Positions 13,160-23,438 of a stretch of 43,321 nucleotides of DNA are shown in pieces. The number at the start of each line of letters is the position of its first letter. Positions within the stretch are counted from its first letter, which is position 1. The position numbers were made by a program, and so were the translations under genes. The notes under the pieces are model-generated. The model saw only the letters and a list, made by a program, of their open reading frames with translations, was not told the DNA's origin and ran no database searches. The stretch is from Nemertoderma westbladi (Eukaryota; Animalia; Xenacoelomorpha): assembly GCA_032718475.1 (NCBI GenBank), contig JAUCBJ010008072.1:1-43321 (forward strand), in the 5' to 3' direction.

Positions 13160-14468
13160 TCCACAGATAGGACAGTACCCAGTCGCATTTGGTCCGACAG
13201 TCTATGGTTCACCTCCAACAATACAAAATCACTCTACTACGAATCAACCACCTCCATTACCAGTTCCACAGATAGGACAGTACCCAGTCGCATTTGGTCC
13301 GACAGTCGATGGTTCAGCTCTGTCTACTCCGACAATACAAAATCACTCTGCTACGAATCAACCACCTCCATTACCAGCTCCACAGATAGGACATTACCCA
13401 GTCGCATTTGGTCCGACAGTCGATGGTTCAGCTCAGTCTACTCCGACAATACAAAATCACTCTGCTACAAATCAACCACCTCCTTTACCTGCTCCACAGA
13501 TAGGACAGTACCCAGTCGCCTTTGTTCCGACAGTCCATGGTTCAGCTCCGACAATACAAAATCACTCTACTACGAATCAACCAGCTCCACAGATAGGACA
13601 GTACCCAGTCGCCTTTAGTCCGACAGTCGATGGTTCAGCTCCGTCTACTCCGACAATACAAAATCACTCTGCTACGAATCAACCACCTCCTTTACCTGCT
13701 ACACAGATACAACAATACCCAGTCGCCATTAATCCGACAGCTCAACAAGGTCCGACATTCAATAATTCAGATCGCAAACAGGTAAGTTTAGTTTATTTAT
13801 TTATTTCTACTTGTCCACACCATGCAGAGTCAAAAGCCTTAAATAAGTAAACTAATATTCGCAAGTCTTTATATAAAATATACATTACTCTAACAATAGA
13901 ATAATTGTTGTAAAAATAACACAATAAAAATTTATTACTAATGTAAATTAATATAACTTTTTAATTTTCAGATAAAAATTCTAAAAAAAAAATTCATCGG
14001 TTGGAAAATCAAAAACGTATGAATAACGAGCCCAAAAAGAAACGCCAACATGAGAATTATACAAACTAACATCGTTAACAGTATGCCACGATCTGAGGGT
14101 GGAGAAGTTTGAGGCTATACAATACACAAACTCTACATATCAGTTACTAAGTTTGTGCAGTATATAGCGAAATTGGAGAAGGCTATAAAAACGGCTATAT
14201 TTCGGATAGAATTTGAAATATAACAAAAACATTGATTTTTTAAATAATCTATTCCATCCATTATCCCTTTTAGATAAGATCTGGAATGTTTCCATTCTTT
14301 AAACTCCAAATTTTGCGTTTTTTTAACATTTAAAGTATTAATTTAAATAAACTAGATATTTATTAACTTAATCTACACAACATACTATAATTAAGGGTGA
14401 TGGACCAGCGAAAAATTTAAAGTTTTTATTAGTACCAGTGTACTGAACAAGTAGCTAATATTGAGAGT

Positions 14469-15675
14469 ATGAGACACAGAAATTTAGTTGATTCACTATA
14501 TGAGAAAGATGGTTTGGTATTACCTGATGAGCAGGGTGTTTTACCACAGGATCGACAATTAATAACTGCTACCCGAGAATGCCCTCTTAATTGGAAACCT
14601 CTTTTGAAATCAGTTCAAGGACAATCACAGGATTCCATTGCTGAGCAACGAGATATGTTGCAGATATTAGTAAATGCTATTGATGAATATCAGCATCCAT
14701 CAACAACATTTGTCCATTCTCCATGGTTAGTAGGAGCACCAGGTGTAGGAAAGACAACAGTAATGTTGGAAGCTATGGCTTACATACAGCCTTGCATGTG
14801 GTCTGAATGTTATGCTCACAGCAATTACAAGTTAGAGAGCCAGAGTATTAGGGGGTGAACATCTTCATTTACTTATGCCATATGGTGTTCATCATGGTAA
14901 AATAACATCTACAGGATTAGCTCAAGAATGTCTCTTAAGTTTAGCAAAAAGTCCATCTAAACTTACTTTACTTAAACGATTGAATATCATTTTCTTTGAG
15001 GAGTGTGGCATGCTTTCTTGTGAACAACTAGCAGCCATTGATCTCATACTGCATAGAATATGTAACACACAAAGGCCATTTGGTGGAAAATTATTCATAG
15101 GATGTGGAGATCATTGTCAACTAGAGCCTGTTGAGGGTCGAGTAGTTTGGCTTAGTACTCATTTTATTACAACCTTTACTGTTATGGTTTGCAGACATTT
15201 TGTTCGTAGTGCAAATGATGAAGAATTGCAACTAGTTATAACAATCTTGCGCACATCAAACCCATCTCCTAATTTGATTGATCAAATGATAGGAATATTA
15301 AAGAGACGCTGTAACTTCCTTGATAGCTGGGATGATGTCCCAGATGATGTCTTAAAGGTTGTAGGAACTCGGGCTGGTGAACAGGAAGTATTACAAAAAT
15401 ATCTTTCACAGCACCGAAACGAAGTTGGAACAGTTTCTATCACTAGCCATGATCAGGTAACTAGTGGGAATCCTTCGGAGGATAATTGTTGGAGGGATAC
15501 CGATTCACCTAGTATTATTAATTTTATAACAAGATCATGTCGTGAGCCACTTGATTTGATTCTGTTCCTTAACCAGATCCTCCGTTTTACATTTAATAGA
15601 CAACCAGATCCTCCGTTTTACATTTAATAGACAGAGTGAGCAACCAAAGTTTTCAAATGGTCAATTGTGTCTGCA
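14469..15675 (+). pseudogene. PIF1-like SF1B helicase domain of a Helitron-like RepHel (frameshifted fragment, copy A)
   Basis: Walker A GAPGVGKT; then, after a frameshift near 14790, TAITS*RARVLGGEHLH; Walker B IFFEECGML; PFGGKLFIGCGDHCQLEPV; HFVRSANDEELQ; FSNGQLC. A 31-bp tandem duplication lies at ~15571-15632. Confidence 0.85.
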
Positions 15676-15680
15676 TACTA

Positions 15681-16560
15681 AAGTAAACTAATATACTAAT
15701 AGTCGCAAGTCTTTATATATAAAATATACATTACTCTAACAATAGAATAATTGTTGTAAAAATAACACAATAAAAATTTATTACTAATGTAAATTAATAA
15801 CTTTTTAATTTTCAGATAAAAATTCATCAGTTGGAAAATCAAAAACGTATGAATAACGAGCCCAAAAAGAAACACCGACATGAGAATTATACAAACTACC
15901 GTTGTTAACAGTATGCCACGATCTGAGGGCGGAGAAGTTTGAGGCTATACAATACACAAACTCTCATATCAGTTACTAAGTTTGTGCAGTATATAGCGAA
16001 ATTGGAGAAGGCTATAAAAACGGCTATATTTCGGATAGAATTTGAAATATAACAAAAACATTGATTTTTTAAATAATCTATTCCATCCATTATCCCTTTT
16101 AGATAAGATCTGGAATGTTTCCATTCTTTAAACTCCAAATTTTGCGTTTTTTTAACATTTAAAGTATTAATTTAAATAAACTAGATATTTATTAACTTAA
16201 TCTACGCAACATACTACAATTAAGGTTGATGGACCAGCGAAAAATTTGGTTAGTTTTTAAAAATTTAAAGGGTAAATCTAAATACTAAATTTATATTTAT
16301 TTATGTAGTGTAAACACTACAACAGCCGCGAGCGATAATTAATTCTCATACATTGCAACCAAATTCTGTACCACCATTAAATCTTTATTTTTTTATACAT
16401 CATTATAAAAGATAACAAAAGTACTGCAAAATAAAATTTTGAAGTAAATTAGACTAAATTACTAGATCTAAATTTGTTGATTAATTATTATATTAAAACA
16501 ATAATGGGGAACTTTTTTACAAAAACGATTTCAACCAATCAAATTTCACATCCCAACGAT
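15681..16560 (+). repeat. Diverged second copy of the Pro-rich gene ends in tail-to-head order
   Basis: 15681-16247 matches ~13846-14418 (intron end, exon 2, downstream). 16371-16526 matches ~6779-6937 (upstream region plus ATG). ATG at 16504 reads MGNFFTKTISTNQISHPND and then breaks off. Confidence 0.9.
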
Positions 16561-16749
16561 CATTTTTTCGATCATTTTTTATTTATTCGTACGACTACTA
16601 GAACTGGAGATTATACAATTTGAAGATCTCCGATGACCAATAAGTCTATTCCGTGTAATCCCGCGAAGACCACAGGTTATTCGAGTCCCGTCTTCATAAT
16701 AAGATTCTAAAAGAGAAGGAAAAAAAAAGAAACAAAGACTGCAATTAAG

Positions 16750-17232
16750 TCAAGGGAAATGGGATATCCAGAGGTTGTACATAATCTTCTAGGGTTTCCA
16801 TATATCCGAACCAATGTTGAATTTGTTCATGTATCGACCCTGACTCCTGAATATAGACATGGCATTGTGAAATATACACAGGGAGATGTAGGTATATTGG
16901 AATGTGTCCAAGCACGCGATGCAATAGTTGGACTACCTGAATGGCGTCAATTTACTGACAATCAGGTTCTTACAGTTCACGAGATGGGGAATAGTGAGTA
17001 TATTGCCGACTCCATAACATCCTTTAGTATCAGAGCTCCTGAACTCCGAGTTTTTGATAAAGTTTTCTTTGAATGCTTTGGTATTATAGGGAAAGTACAG
17101 AAATATCATTGTCACTTAGAACTTAAGAAATTCCGATGGATTGATGGCAATAAACGTCGTTGGAAACTAAGGCCTACTGGCATTCCAATAGCTGTGGAAT
17201 TTCTTACACGTAAAGCTGCGAATGGGAATATT
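16750..17232 (+). pseudogene. Helitron-like RepHel fragment (region just C-terminal to the HUH Rep core)
   Basis: SREMGYPEVVHNLLGFPYIRTNVEFVHVSTLTPEYR matches the Helitron/Helentron pattern R.(V/I)...E....LLG.P.......F..V.T..P..R. It aligns by eye with SREIGIPELARFALGYPYTRCTADFIHISTLPPEYR at ~37915. Confidence 0.75.
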
Positions 17233-17730
17233 ATTGTGGAAAGTGATATACCTCTGTAATTATCTTTGCAGGTCATATCACCTGTCCTATCCTTAACCAG
17301 AGGTATTATATTCGATTCCATCATGGCGGAGGGCATATAATTATGGATAAACAGAGAATTTAATAAAATACAAATGGAATGAATAAGGTTGAACCCACAC
17401 CCATTTATGAAATGTTCAGCTGTCAGATTGTCTGGCCCAGAGGCTTTACCAGTGGGCAGACTCAGTATAGAATCGAGAACTTCCTTAAATGATACATGAG
17501 TATATCCCGTGTCAATACTTGTATCAAGACGCATATTGACAGAGGTACTCGATGTATCATCTTTAACACAGTTAAATATATCTTTAAAATGGTTCATCCA
17601 CATATTGCTAATATTAGAAGCACCAATGCTGTCCCCTACTTTATTGGGCAATGGGGTTTTACAATTTGAATGACTACGAACCTGGGACCAGAATTCCCGG
17701 CTGGAGTTGTCAGAGAGTAAATTCTGTGCT
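17233..17730 (-). pseudogene. Internal fragment of a non-LTR retrotransposon ORF2 (pre-RT/RT N-terminus, RTEX-like)
   Basis: NSSREFWSQV...MWMNHFKDIFN...LPTGKASGPDNLTAEHF...IIPLVKD...DNYRGISLS. Truncated on both sides. Confidence 0.85.
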
Positions 17731-18647
17731 CGGTACCCCGACACCAACCCGGCTCGGTACCCCGACACCAACCCGGCTCGGTACCCCGACACCAACCCGG
17801 CTCGGTGCCCCGACACCAACCCGGCTCGGTGCCCCGACACCAACCCGGCTCGGTACCCTGACACCAACCCGGCTCGGTACCCTGACACCAACCCGGCTCG
17901 GTACCCCGACACCAACCCGGCTCGGTACCCTGACACCAACCCGGCTCGGTACCCTGACACCAACCCGGCTCGGTACCCCGACACCAACCCGGCTCGGTAC
18001 CCCGACACCAACCCGGCTCGGTACCCCGACACCAACCCGGCTCGGTACCCCGACACCAACCCGGCTCGGTACCCCGACACCAACCCGGCTCGGTACCCCG
18101 ACACCAACCCGGCTCGGTACCCTGACACCAACCCGGCTCGGTACCCCGACACCAACCCGGCTCGGTACCCCGACACCAACCCGGCTCGGTACCCCGACAC
18201 CAACCCGGCTCGGTACCCCGACACCAACCCGGCTCGGTACCCCGACACCAACCCGGCTCGGTACCCTGACACCAACCCGGCTCGGTACCCCGACACCAAC
18301 CCGGCTCGGTACCCCGACACCAACCCGGCTCGGTACCCCAACACCAACCCGGCTCGGTGCCCCGACACCAACCCGGCTCGGTACCCCGACACCAACCCGG
18401 CTCGGTACCCCGACACCAACCCGGCTCGGTACCCTGACACCAACCCGGCTCGGTACCCCGACACCAACCCGGCTCGGTACCCCGACACCAACCCGGCTCG
18501 GCACCCCGACACCAACCCGGCTCGGTGCCCCGACACCAACCCGGCTCGGTACCTTGACACCAACCCGGCTCGGTACCTTGACACCAACCCGGCTCGGTAC
18601 CCTGACACCAACCCGGCTCGGTACCCCGACACCAACCCGGCTCAGTG
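17728..18647. repeat. 24-bp GC-rich minisatellite, ~38 near-identical copies
   Basis: Unit GGCTCGGTACCCCGACACCAACCC. The commonest variants are CCCG>CCTG and GTAC>GTGC. No indels and no spacers. Confidence 0.97.
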
Positions 18648-18853
18648 CCATGAGGTACCTGAAGAGAAGGTTCTCCTTAAGTACAACAGACCAGTAGTAG
18701 ATGCTTTTATTTCGTTACTGCGAGCTATAAATATAATCTTTAACATTTTTACAAAGAACCATTGAACCATATAATAACCATAACCAACCGTAATAACTAA
18801 CATATCACTAAACTATTTCATTCAAGTGCGGAATAATTTTAATATGCATAATA

Positions 18854-21800
18854 TTGTCATTATGTTTTAATTATAATATTTTTAATAAATCTAACGCCAG
18901 AGCACAAAGCGAAGCAGCGACAGAAGTATATAGAGATAAACCAAACTTAAAACATTTATTATGTAATTTCAACGCCAGTGCCACCCATATAGCACCTTTG
19001 TATGTACCATATAATTATAATTACCGTGCCTTACTTACGAATTGCCATGAACTTATTTACGCCATATTATTAATTCCGTTGTTCGCCAATATTCATTTAT
19101 TACTATTAAAGTGCAATTTACTATATAGCAGGTTAGAGCGTCCCATACTGAGTTGCCAGCAAGGGGCTTGTTATATGTTTATGGCGGGTTTATTTAGAAT
19201 TGAAACTCGGCGCATATGTATATATCTTGTATATTTGATATTAATGTTTAACAAATATATTTTCTTATTACATTTACATTGTGTAAATGAGGTTTATGTA
19301 AACTTTGCTGTAAATATCCTAGCCAGTATCTATGGCAACTATATTCGCCCATTTTTGTCGCGAAAGAAAATAATATTATTAAAATCTAAGCCAAATCTTC
19401 TTCGAAAAACTAAATATAAACCTATTAGACTTTCATTGTTAATTCTTTTACAGATCTTAATACCGCAAGTATTCATCCTAAATCAAATTCACTTTTTCCA
19501 TACTATAATCACTGCCACTGCTGTATTAATAGATTTCCTACTCGCAATATGGCTTGTTACAAAACAATACGGTAAATTAGAATGTAGAAAACCCACAGGT
19601 TTAGTAGGTTTAGTATGTTTAGTATTAACTATACAATTAGCGTCACAATTGTCGGTACATAACCGTTTTACTGATACAGCACACGCCTACAATATAAAAG
19701 TACTTAGTCCCAATAGAAGTTACTCAGGTTCTTTACTTAGTCCACGCCAAACAGTCCCAAGAGTGCACCAAGTAACTCATATGCTCACACAATTTTTTAT
19801 AAGTTTAGGTATCAATATAATAGTTTACATATCAGGCAACTTTTTAGCAAACATATTCGCCCAATGCAATGATATAGAAACTAACCCGGGACCTAAAGGT
19901 ACACAGCCAACTAAGACGAACAATCGACCTAATACACAATGTATAACAGTAACCGACTACATGACACAAAATCCTAACGGGGTAAATTTCATTTTAATCA
20001 ACACCCGCAGTTTAGTGAAAAATTATGAAGAATTAAAACAATTAATTATGTCTCTTAACCAGTACGCAATAATTGGAGTAACAGAAACATGGTTAAAGCG
20101 GAAACATAGTAAACAATCTATTTCAATACCTGGATATGTACATTACCGTAACGATAGGAGGAAAAGAAAGGGAGGGGGGGTTCTCATTTATATTCCAGAA
20201 AACTTGCCGCATAAAGTAAAGCAGGACATCCAAAATAAAAACTGCAAATCTGCATATGAGTCACTTTGGATAGAAATCGATACCAGTATTCTATTCGGCG
20301 TAGTATATCGACCCCCCAAAAATGTATCTTTTCTTGAAGATTTTCTTGAAGAAACGGAAAATGCACTGAACTACAATTATAGTAATACAATCATAGCAGG
20401 TGACTTTAATTGTGATATGTTAGATAAAAATAATGTGAAAGTGAAGGAACTTGAAAACTATATGATTACTTATAATCTAGACCTACTTAACGAACTTACC
20501 CCAACACGATATGGCAATGGGAAAAACAAAAACTCATTACTTGACTTATACCTCACTACCTCCCATAATAAATCCATTTATAATTCAATAACAACACCGA
20601 GTGGCTTCTCTGACCACGATTATGTATTATTACATTGTGACACGAAGCTAAGCGCGACACCCACGTCCAAAAAAAGTAGCATAAGAATAACATACAGAGA
20701 TTATAAACAGTTCTCAGAAAAAATGTTCTTGCAGGATATATCGCAGATAAATTGGGCCCCACTATACAATAACGCGGACATTGACAAATCATATAATTAC
20801 TTCGAACATGAAATTGAAAACGTACTAAACAGACATGCTCCTATAACAACAAAAACAATAACAGAAAACAGAACTAAGAACACTACAAACAAAAATGCAT
20901 GGGAAACACAGGAACTAAAACAACTAAATAAACAAAAAATGGACTCACTATATATCTGGAGAACAACTAAAACTGATGATGATTATGCAAACTTTAAGAC
21001 GAATAGAAATAAATACAATAACTTAAATCGCACATTAAAAAATAATTATATGAAATCAAAATTTGCTGGGGCAAAAAATGCAAAATCACGCTGGAAAATA
21101 ATTAACTCAATTTTAAATAAAAAAAGTACGAGCGATATGATTAATACAATAAAAACTAAAAATGGAAAAATTGAACACGGTTGCAAAATAATAGCTAATA
21201 TACTCAACTCTACATTTTTAACACTGGGACTACAGACTAGAAATATCACAAAACAAACACTACCTGTTAACACACATACTCCATTGTGCAATGATACTTT
21301 TTCATTTCACAATATCACTGTTACTGATCTCTTAACCATCTTGGATAAACTAAATACGAATAAATCTGCTGGTCCCTCCACAATTCCCCCACGCATAATA
21401 AAATTAATTAAGACAAAAATAGCCTACCCATTAACATATATAATAAACCAAAGTTTAACCACATCGAAGTTCCCCTCAAACTTAAAAATGACTAATATTA
21501 CCCCTGTTTTCAAAAAGGGAGATAGAGAGAATGCTACCAACTATCGCCCAATATCTGTAACATCCACATTTGCTAAAATTTTTGAAACCGTAATGCTAAA
21601 CCAAATTGTATCATATATAACTAAAAATAAAATAATCAAAAATAAACAATTCGGTTTTCGCAAAGGATATGCAACTTCTGATGCATTAATTTACACTACA
21701 GAATCATGGAAAGCAACACTGGATAGCAATAAATATGTGGCCATTGCAGCACTGGATGTAGCAAAAGCGTTCAACTCTTTAAATCATAATATCCTATTAA

Positions 21801-22900
21801 ACAAACTTACCCGACTCGGATTTCACACTACTGCCACCAACCTAATAGCAAACTACTTACATGATAGGGTGCAAAGAGTCAAAATTAATAATACTCATTC
21901 TGACTGGGCTAAAATTAATCACGGCATTCCACAGGGTACCCAAGTAGGACCTATCCTATTTCTTTTATACGTAAATAACATATCCGCCTTCTCTGATTTA
22001 GATCTAATCCAATATGCTGATGACACTCTAATATTTGCATCACATTCAAATCCTTTAACAGCAACACACAATCTATCTGAACATGTAGACAAACTGGAAC
22101 GTAACCTACTAGATATAAACCTAGATCTCAACACGGATAAGACAGAATTTATCTTACTTTCTCCAAAAACCAGAACACCGAGCATAGAAAAAATACAACT
22201 AAAAACACAGTCATACACAATTGAACAATCCACTTCAATTAAGTACTTAGGCGTTATTATTGATAATAGACTTAACTGGCACGCCCAAATTGACCAAATT
22301 ACTCACAAAATGGCCCTTGCAATATCATGCCTACGCAATGTTAAAGGACAACTACCATTGAAGACAAAATTAAATATATATAAATCTACAGTATTACCTT
22401 ACCAAAATTATTGCTCAGATTTGCTAGTACCATTACACAAACAATATGGATATAAACAAAAACTATATGAAATAGAGAAACAACAAAACTTTGGTTTACG
22501 CGTAGTCTTCAGTAAAAAGAATAGGGATTCCACCGGCACAGAACTTCGCACCATTGCTAAAATACCAAATTTACATTCACTGCGAGAATTTAACGCTTTA
22601 AAATTCTTTCACAAATATACGCATAACTTATCCACCCCTTTCAAACACATAGATCTACCATACTTACCAATTACTTTGTTAACTTCTGGTTCCCACAAAC
22701 TTCTAAACCCACGCACGTACAATATTAAAATTCCAAAAACGTATTCAAATCATGGAACTTACAGTTTAACAGTGGCACTTATTAAAATATGGAATAGTAT
22801 CCCCACTGAAATTAAAAAACAAGATACATATAAATTATTTTTACGCGACGTAAAAGCAAAATATTTGAAACACTACACTCGATACGAAGAAATAACTTAA
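18854..22900 (+). CDS. LINE polyprotein: hydrophobic leader + 2A-like motif + APE endonuclease + reverse transcriptase
   Basis: APE motifs INTRSL, GVTETW, RNDR..GGGV, YRPP, AGDFN, LLDL, SDH. RT motifs NYRPIS, QFGFR, LDVAKAFN, GIPQG, YADD, KYLGV. 1348 codons open. The first ATG is at 19175. Confidence 0.95.
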   Translation: MSLCFNYNIFNKSNARAQSEAATEVYRDKPNLKHLLCNFNASATHIAPLYVPYNYNYRALLTNCHELIYAILLIPLFANIHLLLLKCNLLYSRLERPILSCQQGACYMFMAGLFRIETRRICIYLVYLILMFNKYIFLLHLHCVNEVYVNFAVNILASIYGNYIRPFLSRKKIILLKSKPNLLRKTKYKPIRLSLLILLQILIPQVFILNQIHFFHTIITATAVLIDFLLAIWLVTKQYGKLECRKPTGLVGLVCLVLTIQLASQLSVHNRFTDTAHAYNIKVLSPNRSYSGSLLSPRQTVPRVHQVTHMLTQFFISLGINIIVYISGNFLANIFAQCNDIETNPGPKGTQPTKTNNRPNTQCITVTDYMTQNPNGVNFILINTRSLVKNYEELKQLIMSLNQYAIIGVTETWLKRKHSKQSISIPGYVHYRNDRRKRKGGGVLIYIPENLPHKVKQDIQNKNCKSAYESLWIEIDTSILFGVVYRPPKNVSFLEDFLEETENALNYNYSNTIIAGDFNCDMLDKNNVKVKELENYMITYNLDLLNELTPTRYGNGKNKNSLLDLYLTTSHNKSIYNSITTPSGFSDHDYVLLHCDTKLSATPTSKKSSIRITYRDYKQFSEKMFLQDISQINWAPLYNNADIDKSYNYFEHEIENVLNRHAPITTKTITENRTKNTTNKNAWETQELKQLNKQKMDSLYIWRTTKTDDDYANFKTNRNKYNNLNRTLKNNYMKSKFAGAKNAKSRWKIINSILNKKSTSDMINTIKTKNGKIEHGCKIIANILNSTFLTLGLQTRNITKQTLPVNTHTPLCNDTFSFHNITVTDLLTILDKLNTNKSAGPSTIPPRIIKLIKTKIAYPLTYIINQSLTTSKFPSNLKMTNITPVFKKGDRENATNYRPISVTSTFAKIFETVMLNQIVSYITKNKIIKNKQFGFRKGYATSDALIYTTESWKATLDSNKYVAIAALDVAKAFNSLNHNILLNKLTRLGFHTTATNLIANYLHDRVQRVKINNTHSDWAKINHGIPQGTQVGPILFLLYVNNISAFSDLDLIQYADDTLIFASHSNPLTATHNLSEHVDKLERNLLDINLDLNTDKTEFILLSPKTRTPSIEKIQLKTQSYTIEQSTSIKYLGVIIDNRLNWHAQIDQITHKMALAISCLRNVKGQLPLKTKLNIYKSTVLPYQNYCSDLLVPLHKQYGYKQKLYEIEKQQNFGLRVVFSKKNRDSTGTELRTIAKIPNLHSLREFNALKFFHKYTHNLSTPFKHIDLPYLPITLLTSGSHKLLNPRTYNIKIPKTYSNHGTYSLTVALIKIWNSIPTEIKKQDTYKLFLRDVKAKYLKHYTRYEEIT
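19871..19894 (+). other. 2A-like ribosome-skipping motif DIETNPG/P
   Basis: GATATAGAAACTAACCCGGGACCT = DIETNPGP. It matches D(V/I)ExNPGP and lies just upstream of the APE domain, where such motifs are known in APE-type LINEs. Confidence 0.85.
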
Positions 22901-23190
22901 TCCCAGGAACAGGATATATACTGCACTGTGCTGCATTCACCTTTTTATTAGTTTATTGTTATTGTTATTTGTTTAGATACCAGTAAAGTTGTTAGTAGTA
23001 GGCCCCGCCCCTACTTGATGTCTATGTTTTACGTATATAGTTAGACCCCTGCTGGACAACTGACGCTTATTTCCTTTTTAAATTATCAGCTTGTGCGACG
23101 TTTGTTTGCTAGCTGCCTCCAATTGGTTTACCAGGCGGAGTTTTAAGGAAATAAAAGATGTTTATTATTATTATATTATTATTATTATTA

Positions 23191-23438
23191 CTAGACCCGG
23201 AATCACTGTTAGAAACTGAAACAATACTAGAACCTGATACATCATCAGAACCAGATTCACTACTAGATTTAGGCTCGGAATCTGAATCACTCGTTGAAGG
23301 GTACATGTCAGCATCACAACCTTTACCACTTGCAGTTCGATAATCGTCAATACCAGTGTTTTGATAACCATGATCATGAGTACTTTCTACGTCTTTCTCA
23401 ATTTGTTCAGTATCCCCGTGGTTTTTTTGTTATAGTTC
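23191..23438 (-). pseudogene. Decayed acidic/Ser-rich coding fragment abutting the LINE tail
   Basis: tttcAG acceptor near 23438 and the peptide ...DADMYPSTSDSDSEPKSSSESGSDD..., typical of low-complexity TE protein regions. Not assignable to a family. Confidence 0.3.

Larger units (their letters stand above)
7044..13760 (+). repeat. 114-bp coding tandem repeat, ~16 units, split into three blocks (7044-7890, 11185-11471, 13160-13760)
   Basis: Unit starts at 7158, 7272, 7386, 7500 and onward. Translates as QIGQYPVAFGPTVDGSAPSTPTIQNHSATNQPP(L/P)LPAP. Shorter units are 105 and 93 bp, both multiples of 3. Confidence 0.95.
6917..14069 (+). pseudogene. Two-exon gene for a myristoylated Pro-rich repeat protein, disrupted by two TE insertions
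   Basis: ATG at 6917 gives MGNFFTKK. After a 1-nt shift in the A8 run it reads PNDQPQSRPSAPVSPP and then stop-free 38-aa repeats up to a GTAAGT donor at 13782. Acceptor ttttcAG ends at 13971. Exon 2 encodes ...ENQKRMNNEPKKKRQHENYTN* after a 1-nt slip in an A-run; the duplicate at 15816 is in frame. Subtracting both insertions with their TSDs leaves 1876 nt = 625 codons + 1. Confidence 0.7.
18700..23190 (+). mobile_element. Apparently intact CR1/L2-group (Crack/Daphne-like) LINE
   Basis: Uninterrupted APE-RT ORF, ~290-bp 3' UTR, AATAAA at 23150 and a (TTA)n tail at ~23161-23190. The 5' boundary is approximate and no TSD was identified. Confidence 0.85.

Noticed and set aside
15696-16138. Minus-strand hydrophobic ORFs
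   Set aside because: They are antisense to the AT-rich intron/exon 2 duplicate, and the frame is not preserved in the other copy.
17728-18647. CRISPR array or bacterial DRT-like RT plus repeat system
   Set aside because: Units are contiguous with no spacers, there are no cas genes, the context is eukaryotic, and the RT is a normal APE-type LINE.
17728-18647. Minus-strand TGGTGTC(A/G)GG resembling a tRNA-Leu primer-binding site
   Set aside because: The match is only ~10 nt and there is no adjacent LTR end.
17112-18765. Four long ORFs of 313-507 aa over the 24-bp array
   Set aside because: They are an automatic result of a stop-free 24-bp unit. The in-frame fusion to the RT fragment has about a 1-in-3 chance, so they are not called as genes.
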